Source of the DNA: Octopus vulgaris
Taxonomy: Eukaryota
NCBI GenBank assembly: GCA_951406725.2
Contig: OX597815.1
Location: 81,282,001-81,346,000, forward strand
Length of the DNA stretch: 64,000 nt
Reading direction: 5' to 3'
The notes under the pieces are model-generated. The model was not told where the DNA came from and ran no database searches. It saw only the letters and a program-made list of their open reading frames with translations. The stretch's first letter is position 1. Every line of letters starts with the position of its first letter. The translations under genes were made by a program, and so were the position numbers. This document shows positions 13,642 through 27,173 of this stretch, piece after piece.

Positions 13642-14064
13642 ACCAGGTCTGAACACATCAATGTGCAGCCAAGTGTGCTCACAAATGCACACATTACACA
13701 TGCCTTTACATGTAATTACAAAACAATGCATGCATCATATAAGTACACAGTCCTTTTCTCTCTCTCTCTCTCTCTATTCCCCCCTCTCCCTCTCCCTCAC
13801 AGCTTCAGCTATTCCTCTTCTCTCTTTCTCACAACTTTTCCTCCTCAGCTCTCCCCCCTCCCCACCAAACTTTCTGCCACTATGACCTTTGTCTCACTTT
13901 CCTACATTCCCTCTCGCAACTCCGTAATCCATAATTTCTATTCTTTTCCTTTCTTGCTGGAAACTTTCTTCGCTCCACTAATGTGACGTAATTAGCTCCG
14001 CTAATCTGCTGCTATTCTTATTAAGATTAATTACAGTCAAGCCAGTTAATTAATTGCTTCGTTT

Positions 14065-14704
14065 TAAAAAGAAAGAAGGAGCATGGGTGGTAAAGAAAAG
14101 ACATGGTCTGGGTCTGGGATTTGGGGTACTGACAAAGGGGTGGCAGGTACAGATAAGTTAGTAAGGAAGGAGGTGGGGTGGGTGGCCTGGAAAATATAGG
14201 AATTGTATGACGGGTGGCTTGGGTGTAATTTCACTGGATACACACTGCGGGAGGAGAGTACAGCAAGAAGATAAAGATCAAAAATTATGAGCAGGAGAGT
14301 AAGGAGAACCAAACAGACAACTAGAGAGACAGAGCAAGGGGAGAGAGAAAACTGGTGAGTAAAAGTATTAGAAATGGAATAACAAAGGAGCAAGGTAGGT
14401 GGGGGTAGAGTGAGGCAAAGAGGAGAAAATAGATAAAATGAGAGAGAGTGGAGGGATAAAGAGAGAAAGGGAAGAAGAGTAAAGCAAATAATGAAAATGA
14501 ACAAAGGAGAGAGTGGAAGATAAAGAGCAAGTGGAGAGTGACGGTGGGAGAAGATAAAAGTAGAGAATGGAAGACTAAACATGACAGAAAAAAAGAGCAA
14601 AGGTGTTAGAGGGGAAGAGGGGACAAAAGGAAAGCTGATAAAAGGGGTAGCAAGGGAAGTGGACAAAGGGGTGGGAACAAGGGGGAATAGGACAAAGGAA
14701 GAAT

Positions 14705-14741
<37 letters not shown>

Positions 14742-14960
14742 AGATAGAGTGAGAGAACAAAAGAAGGAGAGTAAACAAAACATAAAATAAAGTCAGGAGC
14801 ATTAATAAGAGGGAAAGTGTGAGTGGAGGGGGTGGAGAGCAATGTGGAAAGACAAGACAGTTAACAATGGGGAATGAGGAGAGAAAGGAGCAATGAAAGG
14901 TAAGTTAAGAGAACCAAGAATTATGTAACATGAAAGGGAAGAAATAGTAAAAAAAAAGAA
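14065..14960 (+). repeat. Purine-rich low-complexity tract with (GA)n
   Basis: About 900 bp strongly G/A-biased on + strand; (GA)n near 14707-14737. Confidence 0.85.
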
Positions 14961-15359
14961 CACACACCAGCTCTCCTTTCTCACCTACCACATACACTGA
15001 ACAACCATAGATTAATGCATAATACATACATACAGATAATCACACACATACACACACTCATGCACATAAACACCATATGCATATGTAGAGAATAGCTCCC
15101 AGAACTTTCCACAGAAAAAGTAACAAAATCCCCACCCATGCTACCCATAAACCACCAAAGATTTAGAGAGAGAGAAAGAGAGAGAGATATTCTAATCCAG
15201 GTGCGAGAAACAACAAAAGACTTTTGTTAATGTCAAGGGCAACAACTTTTGATTTTGGATGAAGTCTGCAAGAACAAGTCACACCACTAACGATGTAAGA
15301 AAAGACATCAACAGATTTAAGTTCCACCAGATTTCTACATATGAACCATAATCTAATGA

Positions 15360-15480
15360 GGGAGCCTCTGCATGGTCACTCAGCCTGCTAGATATAGCAG
15401 CAAATCTCCTTCAAAACACACCCTATTGTTTTAGAAGAAAGAGACACTGGATAATGCAGTCCTTGATATATTATTCATAA
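15360..15480 (+). mobile_element. Interspersed repeat family D (cctgctagaaatagcagccaaatc motif)
   Basis: Same motif recurs near 16430, 45250, 46855 and in reverse near 5860, 7880, 23630, 41310; class uncertain (retroposon tail). Confidence 0.55.
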
Positions 15481-15758
15481 GCTGACCGTTTCTTAAACCC
15501 ACAGGGGCTGATATTAGGTTTTCCATACCAGGATTCAGTCTGAAACTCATAAAGGTTGAAGAATACAATGGCCAAAATATCATGACTATAACAACAAAAT
15601 TGGAGATGCTGATTTAAAGATATCAAAGCACAATTTGGATAACTTCTTATCATGGAAATTGGAACATGGCACCCTCTCAATAGAGCACACACAACAACAT
15701 GAAAAAGCATTAGTGTTCTTATAACTACATGGGCTATAGGACTCACTATCATCTGATA

Positions 15759-15977
15759 CAGTGCTTTTCAAACTTTTTGCTGGAGCGGAATCCCAAGGAA
15801 ACATTCCACTGGCTCGAGGAACCCCTGTGCAATAATTTAATAGTCTTATGCACACATATCTGCAAAGGAGACTTAAAAATTACTGCCGATTTTCGCAGTT
15901 TTGTAACTTCTTGCGGAACCTCTGGACTGTACTGGCAGAACCCTAAGGTTCCACGGAACCCTGGTTGAAAACCACTG
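15759..15977 (+). mobile_element. hAT (Charlie/Buster-like) MITE
   Basis: TIRs CAGTGCTTTTCAA / TTGAAAACCACTG and perfect 8-bp TSD ATCTGATA at 15751-15758 and 15978-15985. Confidence 0.92.
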
Positions 15978-17241
15978 ATCTGATAAAATATGGTCAGTAG
16001 GTGCTTTAGTCATAGCTGACACCTTTCTTGGATATGGTGAATAGATGTGAATGTTTCTCAAACAAGGCTGCCTGTAAAAAGGGATTCACAAGTACAGTGA
16101 AGGCGAGGACCAACAAGCAAAGCATTTGAAAATGATTGAATACTATGTTCTGACACAATCACTTTGCTCAATTCTGAGAGAAAAGGTGCTGTGAAGTTCC
16201 TTCTATATGGTACATGCCAACTACAAAAAAGTAGTAGGTGGCAAAATTCACTAGTTTGAACCATCATTTTAGCAATACCATTCAGGTTACTGTCAAGTAT
16301 TTCCAGCATCTACGATCTCCACACTTCTTCACATCATTAGCAATAAATGCAACCGACTCAAGCAGCACCATTACCAATATTACAACTTAGCTATTCGTTA
16401 TTGTCAACCAGCAGAGTTTTTATATCAACACTTGACCTGCTGGAAATAGAAGCTAAATCATCAACGGATTACTTCCTTCAATCTTAGAACAAAGAAAGGA
16501 CACGTTGTGTACAGGATCTCAAATAAAACTTGGGATGGCTATAATTGGACCAACTTACATCTGTTCAATCATGAACCCAACTTGGGGTTAAATGATAATC
16601 ACTACCACCAAAGAAACAGTTAGCATCCAACACTGTTGTTGTTAGCAATAACATTGACAACATTTTCAGTAGCCTGAGTATTACCTTCCTATTGGCTGCC
16701 ATAACCACCACCATCATCATCATCATCATCAATGCTAACTCTGCAACCGATCAAATGATGGTGACATGGGTGGGGAGAGGCAGAAATCATCCTTTGTGTT
16801 ACTAAGCAAAATTTAAACGATCGAGCCGTAGATCAAAGGGAACCAATGTGTGCATGCATGTGCGTATGTGAGATATACGAATACAGGGATGGAGAGAGGA
16901 GAATGTTGCGATGAGCAGTGTACAAGAGTGTGCGCAGCAGTGGAACCAGGCTGAAGTGGCATTAACATCGGGCTGCCAGCCAACTTTTACACCATCAGAT
17001 ATTACACTCACACAAACACACACACACACACACACACACAGATATATGCAAACACAAATATACACTCTTAGCTATTATTAACTTCTCCCACCCCAGAGAC
17101 CATGTGCATGCCCACACAAAAGCATATGTACAATTCACATCCATGTACACATATTCTGACATGCAGACATTATATATATATATATATATATACATATATA
17201 TATAAAAGCACATACATGCACATGAATTCATAGACACACAT

Positions 17242-17274
<33 letters not shown>

Positions 17275-17847
17275 CTGCAAACACATGCATGCAAGCAGAC
17301 AAATGCACGTGGACAACAGCACACCACCTGACAAGAGTGAGAACAAAAGCGTGGGCAGGGGTGGATGTCCAAATGGGAGACATAAAATGAGGTGGACTGT
17401 GAAGAGGGGTTAAGAAGAGAGAGAGAAATAGAGAGAGAGAGAGAGACGGGGGGGGTAAGTTGGACTCAGGGAGAAGGAATGAGATGTTGACTCTATAGAT
17501 CTGAATAATGGTTTTTGTTGCTAAACATGACAGAAAAATATACGGATGTCAATATAAAACTAAACATGAATGTATATGAGTGAGTGTAAATGCATGTATG
17601 CTTCAAAGACCATATTGCAATTTGTACTTACATGAGTATATGCAATTAATCCATGTATGTATGTATATGTGTGTACACAAACATATTTTAACAGACATAC
17701 ACACACTTATGTGTATATTTATGGCTGTGCATGTGTCTATGCTTTAAAAGCCCACAACTGTGAATTTTCCCATTTGCCAGAATGTAAGTGTTTACAAACA
17801 CACGCACACACATTATACATATGCACACAAATACTTATAAACATATA

Positions 17848-17880
<33 letters not shown>

Positions 17881-18329
17881 GTATGTATATATATTTATAT
17901 ATTACATATGTTACTCTGTACATATATAGATTTTTTTTTTTTTGTAAACTGCCAAGGAAAAAAAATAAATTTCTTAAAGAGAAGCTAAGAAATTACAAAG
18001 CTGTGATAAATAGGTTTGTTAAAAAAAAACATGAAAAATAAATAGAATAAACAAAAGCAAAGAAACAGTTCCAGCTAGAAACTTGCAGCAGTACTTGTAC
18101 AGAGGTCTCTGATAACTCACACACATCTATCAAGACATGCTCACGCACTGTCTGATGAACAGAGGACTGACCAATAAAATAGACCCACTTAAGTATATTT
18201 GGCAACTGGAGAGACGGAGGTAGATGATATTACATGAATATACTCAGACAACCATACCCACATGAATCTACATCTATGCATGATTTACATACATGTGTGT
18301 ATGTATGTATGTATAGATATTGCTTGCAA

Positions 18330-18536
18330 AGAAGACCCATCAAACCAAGCAAAATCACTGTTGTGGTAGATAATGGTGGCATGCAAAAACACCCATTACA
18401 CATTCTCGGAGTGGTTGGTATTGGAAAGGGCATCCAGCCATAGAAAACCATGCCAAATCAGAGTCTCATGCAGCCTTCCCGCTAGCTAGCCCTGGTCAAA
18501 CCGTCCAACGCATGCCAGCACGTTAAATGATGGTGA

Positions 18537-18540
<4 letters not shown>
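18330..18540 (+). mobile_element. RTE-type 3' UTR fragment with (GAT)n tail
   Basis: ggagtggttggtattggaaagggcatccagcc..gtcaaaccgtccaac..gttaaatgatggtgatgat. Confidence 0.8.
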
Positions 18541-18600
<60 letters not shown>

Positions 18601-18695
18601 ATATATGTGTGTGTGTGTATATATATATATATGACAAATAGATACATATGCATATGTACACATACATAGATGTATAAAAGAGTGCCTGTGTGCAT

Positions 18696-18971
18696 AGGGC
18701 ACATGGCCTAGTGGTTGGAGTGTTGCACTCACAGTCTAGCAATTGTGATTTCAATTCCTAGACTGAGCAAAGCACTTCATCAGCATTACTCTGTGATCAT
18801 TTCTACACCTGACGCATTGTACACTTGTGCACCTGTTCAGACAATGTCGATTTGATGGAGAGAATGGGCTAATGTGTGGCACGAACATTTGATCACTATA
18901 AACAAATCATCTGTGCAGGTCATTCGGCAAAAAGCTGAACACTCGTAAGTCATCTTCAACAGGATAATCCA
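18696..18971 (+). mobile_element. SINE family C
   Basis: tRNA-like head ggcacatggcctagtggtt..gtgttgcactcac, body ttgatcactataaacaaatcatctgtg; matches 61593 and 61931. Confidence 0.85.
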
Positions 18972-19020
18972 TCACATATATCATTATCATAATATGTATA
19001 TATATATATATATATATATC

Positions 19021-19419
19021 AATCATTACCAGCGTCGCCTTACTGGCACTTGAGCCCCGTGCTATTAGGGTGTTAAGAGCACCATCTGAGCATGATCATT
19101 GCAGCTATCTAGCCTCTGTGCTGGTGGCATGTAAAAGACACCATTCGAGCGTAATTGTTACCAGCATCACCTTACTGGCACCTGTGCCGGTGGCATGTGC
19201 AAAAGATTTGAGCGAGGTCGTTGCCAGTACCGCCTGACTGGCACGTAAAAGCACCCACTACACTCTGAGAGTGGTTGGCGTTAGGAGGGGCATCCAGCTG
19301 TAGAAACTCTGCCAGATCAATATTGAAGCCTGGTGCAGCCGTCTGGTTTGCTAGCCCTCAGTCAAATCGTCCAACCCATGCTAGCATGGAAAGCGGACGT
19401 TAAACAATGATGATGATGA
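19021..19419 (+). mobile_element. RTE-type 3' UTR element with internal tandem repeats and (GAT)n tail
   Basis: Repeated ttaccagc..ccttactggcac..gtgccggtggca units, then gtggttggcgttagg..ggaaagcggacgttaaacaatgatgatgat. Confidence 0.82.
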
Positions 19420-20049
19420 TATATATACACATATATATGCATATGTGCACATACATAGATATATGAGTGTGTGTGTGCGTTTGTGTAAAGTATACACGCA
19501 TGTGCGATGTTATAAAATTCAGTCAATGTTATTCAGAGTGAAAATGAAATTCACTTGTGGCTGCAAATCTCTGTTACAGTGTCCTCAGGTTAAGAAAGAA
19601 AAAGCAAAACTAAACACAAACAAAAAACAAACAAAAAAAGAAAACTAAACAGTTGAAAATTTCAAGAATTCAGTTAATTAGAGATCTCTGACTCTATCAT
19701 AAAAAAACAAACAAACAAAACAGAAACATTGAGAAACAATAGGGAACAGTATATAGCATATATAAATGTATGTGTAATTAAAAGTGTGTGTGCATCTGCC
19801 TCTTTGCTTGTGCACGTGTGTGTGCATATAAACATCTGGCTTTGTGGATATATTTAAATTCTTGCTGGTCTTTTCGCTTTTTGTGTTTGTATGCTTTTAA
19901 TTCAAGCACTAAGTCGATGTTAGTGTATGTGTGTGTTTGTGTGTGTCCGAGCCTGTGTGTGCATAAACTTTAATGGACATATCTTGTATAAGGATTTACT
20001 TCAAACGGTGTATCTACTAAGTGTGTGTATGTATGTATATGTATATATA

Positions 20050-20462
20050 GGCGCAGGCAGGAGTAGCTGTGTGGTAAGTATAGGCACAGGAGTGGCTGTG
20101 TAGTAAGTAGCTTGTTTACCAACCACATGGTTCTGGGTGCAATTCCACTGCATGGCACCTTGGGCAAGTGTTTTCTACTATAGCCTAGGGGCCGACCAAA
20201 ACCTTGTGAGTGGATTTGGTAGATGGAAACTACATATGTGGAAACTATATATGTGTATGTGTGTGTGTGTGTCTGAGTTTGTCCCCCCAACACCGCTTGA
20301 CAACCGATGCTGGTGTGTTTACGTCCCCATAACTTAGTCGTTCGGCAAAAGAGACAGAATAAGTACTAGGCTTACAAAGAATAAGTCCTGGGGGTCGATT
20401 TGCTCGACTAAAGGCGGTGCTCCAGCATGGCCACAGTCAAATGACAGAAACGAGTAAAAGAA
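20050..20462 (+). mobile_element. SINE family A, full-length with duplicated 5' head
   Basis: Two successive caggagt(a/g)gctgtgt(g/a)gtaagta heads, then complete body and tail. Confidence 0.93.
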
Positions 20463-20882
20463 TATATATATATATATATATGTATATAAGCACATGCAGG
20501 TGTCTCATAAGTGAGTTCAAATGCTTCAAGATCAAGATATCCTTATGTGTCTTCATGCATGATGAGTAGGAGCAGTATGCATCCATATATGGCAAGTGAG
20601 AATATTTATGTGTGAGGATGTAACTAAAAATGGGGATGTGTATTTGTGAATGATGGTCATTAGTACAAAAATAACAATGGCTTCGCCAGCTAAAATTTTG
20701 AAGTCAGAGTCAACAACATTCTTGTTCAAGAATAATGAATTTGTACTCTTACAAAAGTATAGAGTAACCCCCCTCAGATTAATGTACAATTGTTTTTAAT
20801 ATAACAGAACATAAAAACCAACATTAAATTTTTATATATATATATATATATACACACACATACATACACACATATATATATA

Positions 20883-21070
20883 TAGGTACAAGTATAGCTG
20901 TGTGGCAAGAGGTTTGTTTCCCAACTACATGGTTCTAGGTTCAGTCACACATTAGCAAGTACCAGGCTTTGAAACAAAAACAAACAAAAATGCTAGGATC
21001 GATTCATTCGACTGAGACCCTTCAAGGTGGCGCCCCAGCACAGTCACAGTCCAATCAGTGAAACAAATAA
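20883..21070 (+). mobile_element. SINE family A, internally deleted
   Basis: Head gctgtgtgg..catggttctaggttcagtc joined to tail aaggtggcgccccagca..gaaacaa. Confidence 0.7.
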
Positions 21071-21331
21071 CCAGCAAAACAGATACATATTTTCTTTTGG
21101 CGAGAAGCAAAGTTTCAGGTTCTTGCTGGCAGATCTTCTATTCCAGCTATCCTGATAGTAATACTAAAAGCAAATGCATGAAAGCCAAACCTTCCCATCT
21201 TTACTACAATATGAAAATATTTGGTTACATCTAGTAATATGGTGAAACACTGAGATTTCTGCATGTCAACAAAGTGGCAGGATTCTTCTCTTTTTCTAGA
21301 AAAGCCATTACACACACATATACATACATAC

Positions 21332-21365
<34 letters not shown>

Positions 21366-21689
21366 TTGCGTATATGTATATGTGGATACAGAAACATTAA
21401 AATACAATCTATATCTACTAAATGTATTCAATCTGCAACAAGAAAAGAAAAAAAACAAAGTAAAAATGTTTAACAAAATCTGTAAAAAAAAAAAGAATAA
21501 TATAAATAAATGAATAAAAAGATTTGTTTTAAAATATCAAAATGAAGTTGAAATAGTTTACATAGAGACACAAATATGGAAACAACAAACAAACAAACTA
21601 TGCTTCTATGCGTTCTTCCATTCTTTCATTTCCATTTTAACACCAAGAGCATTGTATGTAGCTACATACAGCTGTACATTTTATGCATC

Positions 21690-22205
21690 TAATAATACAT
21701 ATGCACAAGCATGGTTATGGATATATACACACACACACACACATATACACACATATACATTCATACATATATATACACACACACATCTACATATACACAC
21801 ACATGCATATTCAGATATACATACACGCACGCACACACACACACGAAAATATATATATATATATATATGCACATACACATACATAGATGCACACACGTGT
21901 CACTTTCTGTGAGCACATGCATTCATGTATATAAAAATACATTATACATACATACATATACATACACACGCATAAATATATATCTTAATATATACACATG
22001 TATGCGTATATATTTTAACACAAACACACATGTATGCATATATTTTGACACATATATATATATGCATCTATAAAGACATATGCATATACACACACACACA
22101 CACACACATATATATATGCATATATGTATGCCAATGTGTACGTACACAGTCACTAAGCAATATGCAACCAAGTAATGTTACATATACACATACATACATA
22201 CATAA
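21690..22205. repeat. Degenerate (CA)/(TA) microsatellite field
   Basis: Directly visible. Confidence 0.85.
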
Positions 22206-24689
22206 ACCAATGAAAATTTCCATTTGTTCCCTCAGTCCCTTTACTCTTACTCCACCCATTTATATAGCCTCACTCTCCTTGCAACCTCTTCCACCCGATC
22301 CTTCTCTCTCTCTCTCTCTCTCTTTCATTAATTTAGTTTTTATCTAGTTATTTATATATTTATTTATTTTATTTTTTTTATCATAAAAACCTCCAGTCAT
22401 CTGCAAAACTTCAAACAGATAACCATGTCCATAAATTCTATTAAATGGAACAATGCTTCAGCTACATTACCCAAATATTGGATAACCCAAGCCTTGCTGA
22501 TGCTGATGCTGGTGATGCTGTTGGTTGGGTGGTGGTGGTGGTAGTGGTGGTGGTGGTGTTGGAGAAATACAGGGATGAAGTAGGGAAGGGCAGTTTGGTG
22601 GGGGAGTTAGAAGGTGGAAGGAGGATAAGGGGCAGGTTGAGGAGCAATAAATAAATAAATAAATAAACACATAAAGCTTTAGAGAGGAAAACAACCTACC
22701 TCACCCACCCTCCACCTTGCACCCCTAAAGCTGCGCCAAACACTTCTGCTAACAAGACTACTACTGTCAGAAAGGAACACACACACACACATACAAGCAT
22801 TTGTATGTGTGTGTGTGTGTGTGTATATATATATACACATACATACTATTAAAAATAATGCTTATGAAATTTCGAAAGAACTAATTATATTTTTTTGTTT
22901 TGTTTTGTGTGTGTGTGTATGTGTGTGTGAATTTATATGTATCATTGAATCTAACATACATGCGTGTGTAACTTACCTAGGCCCATATGGACTTCACAAT
23001 GCGCTGTTTCATTTGTATAATTAAAGCATTTTATTCATTGAAAGTGCTCTACAACCAATTAAAAATTATTGAAAGATATGACCAATATAAAATATACATA
23101 TATATGAAGGACGATTACCCTAATAAGAACTTATTGCTCTAGTAACCTTTTTATTACTGGATGTTGGGGTGGATGGTTATAGTGAAAGATGTACATGTTC
23201 ATGTGAGATTATCTTTGAATCTACTAGCGTGTCTTGCTTTGTAGTAATATTATCAAACATTTCTTTATCCCATAACGTATTTAGAGATTTATCATGAAAT
23301 AAAGAAATCTTCCAGTTATGCCTGGAATTTGAGAAAAAGAAAAAGATTCCACCCTTTTCAACATCAAGGGAAAACCCTTAAAAGATGTAGACTATTCAGA
23401 AATGGTACAAAAAGTTGTGAATTGTGCATAGCTGAAAAGAACCTCATTACTCCAAAACATGCTGATTATGTTTGTTGTGGTTGTTTAGCCTCAGGCCACA
23501 AATGATCAAAGACATCCTAGCTGCAACCATTTAGTATTTTTCTCAGACAATTTATATCAAAGACTACATTATCAAAATTTGTTCTTCACTTTTCTAAGTG
23601 GCTAGGTTGTGATTTCAGTGAGATTTGTTTGCTATTTCTAGCAAAGTTGATCAACATTGTATAGAGATTTCCTTGCTTGCTCATTACTGTTGTTTATTAT
23701 CTGTCTTCAATTTCCCTTACCATAACAAATTACTTTCACACTAACTCAGATTAATTGCAAAGACCTTAAATAAACCAGGTCGGAATGAAAATAAAAGTAA
23801 ATATAATTAAAATATTAATAACTGTTTGATTTTTCTTTCACTAGTTTATTTGATTACTGAATCATTAACCAATAAAACGCACAACAGTTATAGTGTTTTT
23901 GCAGTGCAGTGACAGTACTAGTATGTGTTTGTGACAACCAACAGCAGTTTGCTTCCATGGTGTTGGGGGAGGTGTGCTGTGTAGGGTGTCACTAACTAAA
24001 CCACAGGATTAATAACCTCGGTAACAAAAAAAGAAAAGAAAAAAAGCTAACATAACAACACACAAACACCCTTAATATGGAGGGTTAAATAAGGGGAGAA
24101 AATAGTGAGCAGATGGTCTTTGATACATGCGCACGCACAAACACACATACATGCACAAGGGTACACATCTTTGGGGGAGGGGGAATATATAGGGAGAAAA
24201 ATAAACAAAAAAATTTTTAATAAGTCATAATTATTTCTACAGCTTTTACAGCAGATCTACAGAAGGCATCAGATCACTGCTGCTGCTGCTCCAACTCACC
24301 AGAATGCCAGGGAGACACACCCACACATCCACCAGTGTACCATTCCATTGAATCATCAATAGGCAGGCATCACTACAGTCTACTTCAACTGCCACCCTAT
24401 ACTAACAGAGCACCTTCCATTCCTCGCTCACACTTCCAGCACCTCCTCTCCCCCACCCAGAAGAGGAGATGAGAAAGACAGAAAATTTACACTCATACTC
24501 ATTAACATCTGACTACAAAGAAAGAAAGAAAGAAGGAAGGAAAGAAAGAAAGAGAAGGAAAGGAAAAACCCACAAACGAAATTTGCAAAGTTCACAAGAG
24601 ACTTTCCAGAAACTGAAACTTCACAGAAGAATACTGCAAGGGAAAATGGTAAAGCTGTAGTCCTTCATGGCATTATTATGATTATTATG

Positions 24690-25065
24690 AACCTTGAGGA
24701 TGGTAGAATTGGTGGATGGCAGAATCCAGACAAAATACTTCCTGACATTTAGTCACGCCCATTTGCATTATTCTGAGTTCATATCCTACCAAAGCCACCT
24801 AAGCCTTTTATTCATCCTTTTGGAGTCATCGTTTTGAATAAACACTAACCAAGTAACTAGGACTAATTAAATAATCTACACTCCTCCCAACAAATTTATG
24901 ATATCATAACTATGCTAGACAGAAATAATTGTTAGTAATCATGTAATGACAGTAGTTTGTGAAACTTGGTACAGCGCTATGGGAAAAAATGCTTTGCGGT
25001 AGTTACCTCCTTTCATAGTCTAAGTTCAAATCCAGTTAGGCTCCACTACTCTGCCTTTCATTTGC
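24690..25065 (+). mobile_element. SINE family B, two old copies
   Basis: ggcagaatc..ttctgagttca..catccttttggagtc; second copy gttcaaatcc..gcctttcat. Confidence 0.55.
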
Positions 25066-25289
25066 AACTGCTACATTAGTGCCAATATTACAAATCATTG
25101 CTACAAAATTGTTAAAAGCTATCAGCTTAATTCAGTTCACCCATATTTCTAAGCTAACTTGCTCCAAACCCCTCTAAGGTGTATATATTAATTTAGCATC
25201 CATACACCAAAGTTGACCATCACTTTTACACTTTTTCTCTTATAGCCTATGTCTACGTTAGAAACTATTACTGATTATGTTGCAGCAAA

Positions 25290-25624
25290 CAGACTAGTGC
25301 AAAACTGCAGGCTATATGTGGCCCACAGGGTTTTCCGAATGGCACACTCAATGAAAAATTACTTCGATTTATTTTAGGAGAGCAGTCTACCTTGTGCAGC
25401 CTGCTTCTTAAAAAGTGTTGCTCATGCCTGCTGTAGCATATGCACTTTCTTTTCTTGCACAAGGTACTGGTTAGAAGGTCCACCTGCTGCCAGGCAGATA
25501 ATGCACAAGCATGCACTAAGGCCACAGCATCTGCAAAGATTCCTGGTCAGTGAGAAAATGCGTACACTATTTTAGAAGCATATTTTTCTGCATCTTGTCT
25601 CTTTGACAAAGCTGCACACCTGTG
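25290..25624. mobile_element. Possible degenerate hAT non-autonomous element
   Basis: Weak terminal inverted similarity (cagactagtgcaaa / gctgcacacctgtg) and a gtggccc subterminal motif; no clear TSD. Confidence 0.25.
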
Positions 25625-25667
25625 GTTATGACCCCCACAGCAAAATCACTGCTGCATTTTGCAATAT

Positions 25668-25880
25668 CCTTTCTACCATAGGCACAAAGCCTGAAATTTG
25701 GGGGAATGGATTAGTCATTTACATTGACCCCAGAGCTCCACTAGTACTCATTTTATCAACCCTGAAAGTATGAAAAGCAAAGTCAACCTTGACGGAATTT
25801 GAACTCAAAACGTAAAGACAAACTAAATGCCGCCAAGCATTTTGCTTGGTGCACTAACAATTCTGCTAGCTCGCTGCCTT
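25668..25880 (-). mobile_element. SINE family B, near full-length
   Basis: ggcacaaagcctgaaatttggggg..gcaaagtcaacc..ggaatttgaactc..ttctgctagctcgctgcctt. Confidence 0.85.
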
Positions 25881-26554
25881 CACTAAATAAAAAGACAACC
25901 AATAGCTTAAAGCCCTAAAACTTCAAGGTAGCTGCCCACTATAAATACAAAGTAATGACCGTGATCAATAATGCTGATCAAATGTCAAAATTTGCCCACA
26001 ATCAATATGATAAATGGTATTTACCTGTATGTCTTCCACTACAGCTTCAGGTTGACGCAAGCACTGTCAGTAAAATTGGACAAACCAGACATTGCATAGA
26101 AACACGTGCATGGCTAGACTGTACATTATGAGGCAAAAGTACAGCCTTGCCAAACGCGCACATGAGGTCATTGATTCCACTCAAGCATTTCATAATGGAT
26201 AAAAATGTATCTGAGGAGTGGAATACTTAAACACTTACACTTCAAGTGAGTTTGTGGTTCTATTGTTTCAACAACTGAAACACTTCTTTGTTAAAATGAA
26301 TGTTAGTATATAGATGTAAATGTGTGTTCCACATGTATATACGTCATCATTATTATTATTATTGCTTTTATGGCTATTTCTGTCTTTTGTTCCCTGCCAG
26401 CAAGGAATAGACAAAACTTAATTGAGGAGGATTTCAAGGATTAGATGCTCTTTCTGATGCCAACCCTTTCTTGTTATGCTAGTAAAATAAGTTTTCATCC
26501 TTAAACAGTCAAACTAGACATATCTGCTGAACTACATAACAACTGATGGAATCT

Positions 26555-27173
26555 TACTTGTTTTGGCCACTGGACAATGTTTATGCTAGGGCACAGCCTG
26601 AAGGGTGTAGCTGAGTAAATCGACCCCAGTATTTGGTTTTCAAACCAGGTACTTATTTTGTCAATCTCCTTTTGCCAGACTTGTAAGGTACAAAGATTGT
26701 CAAGTAACGTTAGGGGACAACCACAAAGGCACACACATATATACAGATATATACACACACAAATACATATGATGGGTTTCTTTACTATCCACACCAAATC
26801 TATTCACAAGGGTCTGTCAGCCCAGGGCTGCTATAGTAAAAGACACTTTCTCAAGATTTCACATAGTGGGATTAATCTCAGAACCATATGATTGGGATGC
26901 AAATCTTCCCAGCACACAGCCACGCCCACACCTAACGTAAAAACAATGTCGACATTTTTTTGCTTAGGCAATGCTAATAACATGCTCAATTGATACCTAC
27001 ATAAGTACACATGTGCATACATACATGCACACACACAAATACAATGGGCTTCCTCATAGTTTCTGCCTATGGACCCGAACTATAGTAGAAAACACTTGCT
27101 CAATGTTATGCACAATGGGACTGTGTCTAAAACCACATGGTTGCAAGGGGAACCTCTTAGCCACACTGTGCCT
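26555..27173 (-). mobile_element. SINE family A, two degenerate copies
   Basis: atcgaccccagt..ggggacaa..caaatc..cacaag..ctatagtaaaagacact..cacacagccacgcc; second head near 27030-27173. Confidence 0.7.

Noticed and set aside
12272-13986. Overlapping 140-235 aa ORFs
   Set aside because: Simple-repeat and C/A-rich low-complexity sequence with no protein motif
14064-14842. 239-aa Leu/Ser/Phe-rich 'membrane protein' ORF
   Set aside because: Antisense reading of a polypurine tract; the same applies to 59035-59598
16058-16309. 83-aa non-repetitive ORF
   Set aside because: No recognisable motif or splice signals; length is within chance expectation
19021-19250. CRISPR-like repeat-spacer pattern
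   Set aside because: Eukaryotic context; degenerate internal repeats of an RTE 3' UTR with related rather than unique spacers; no cas genes
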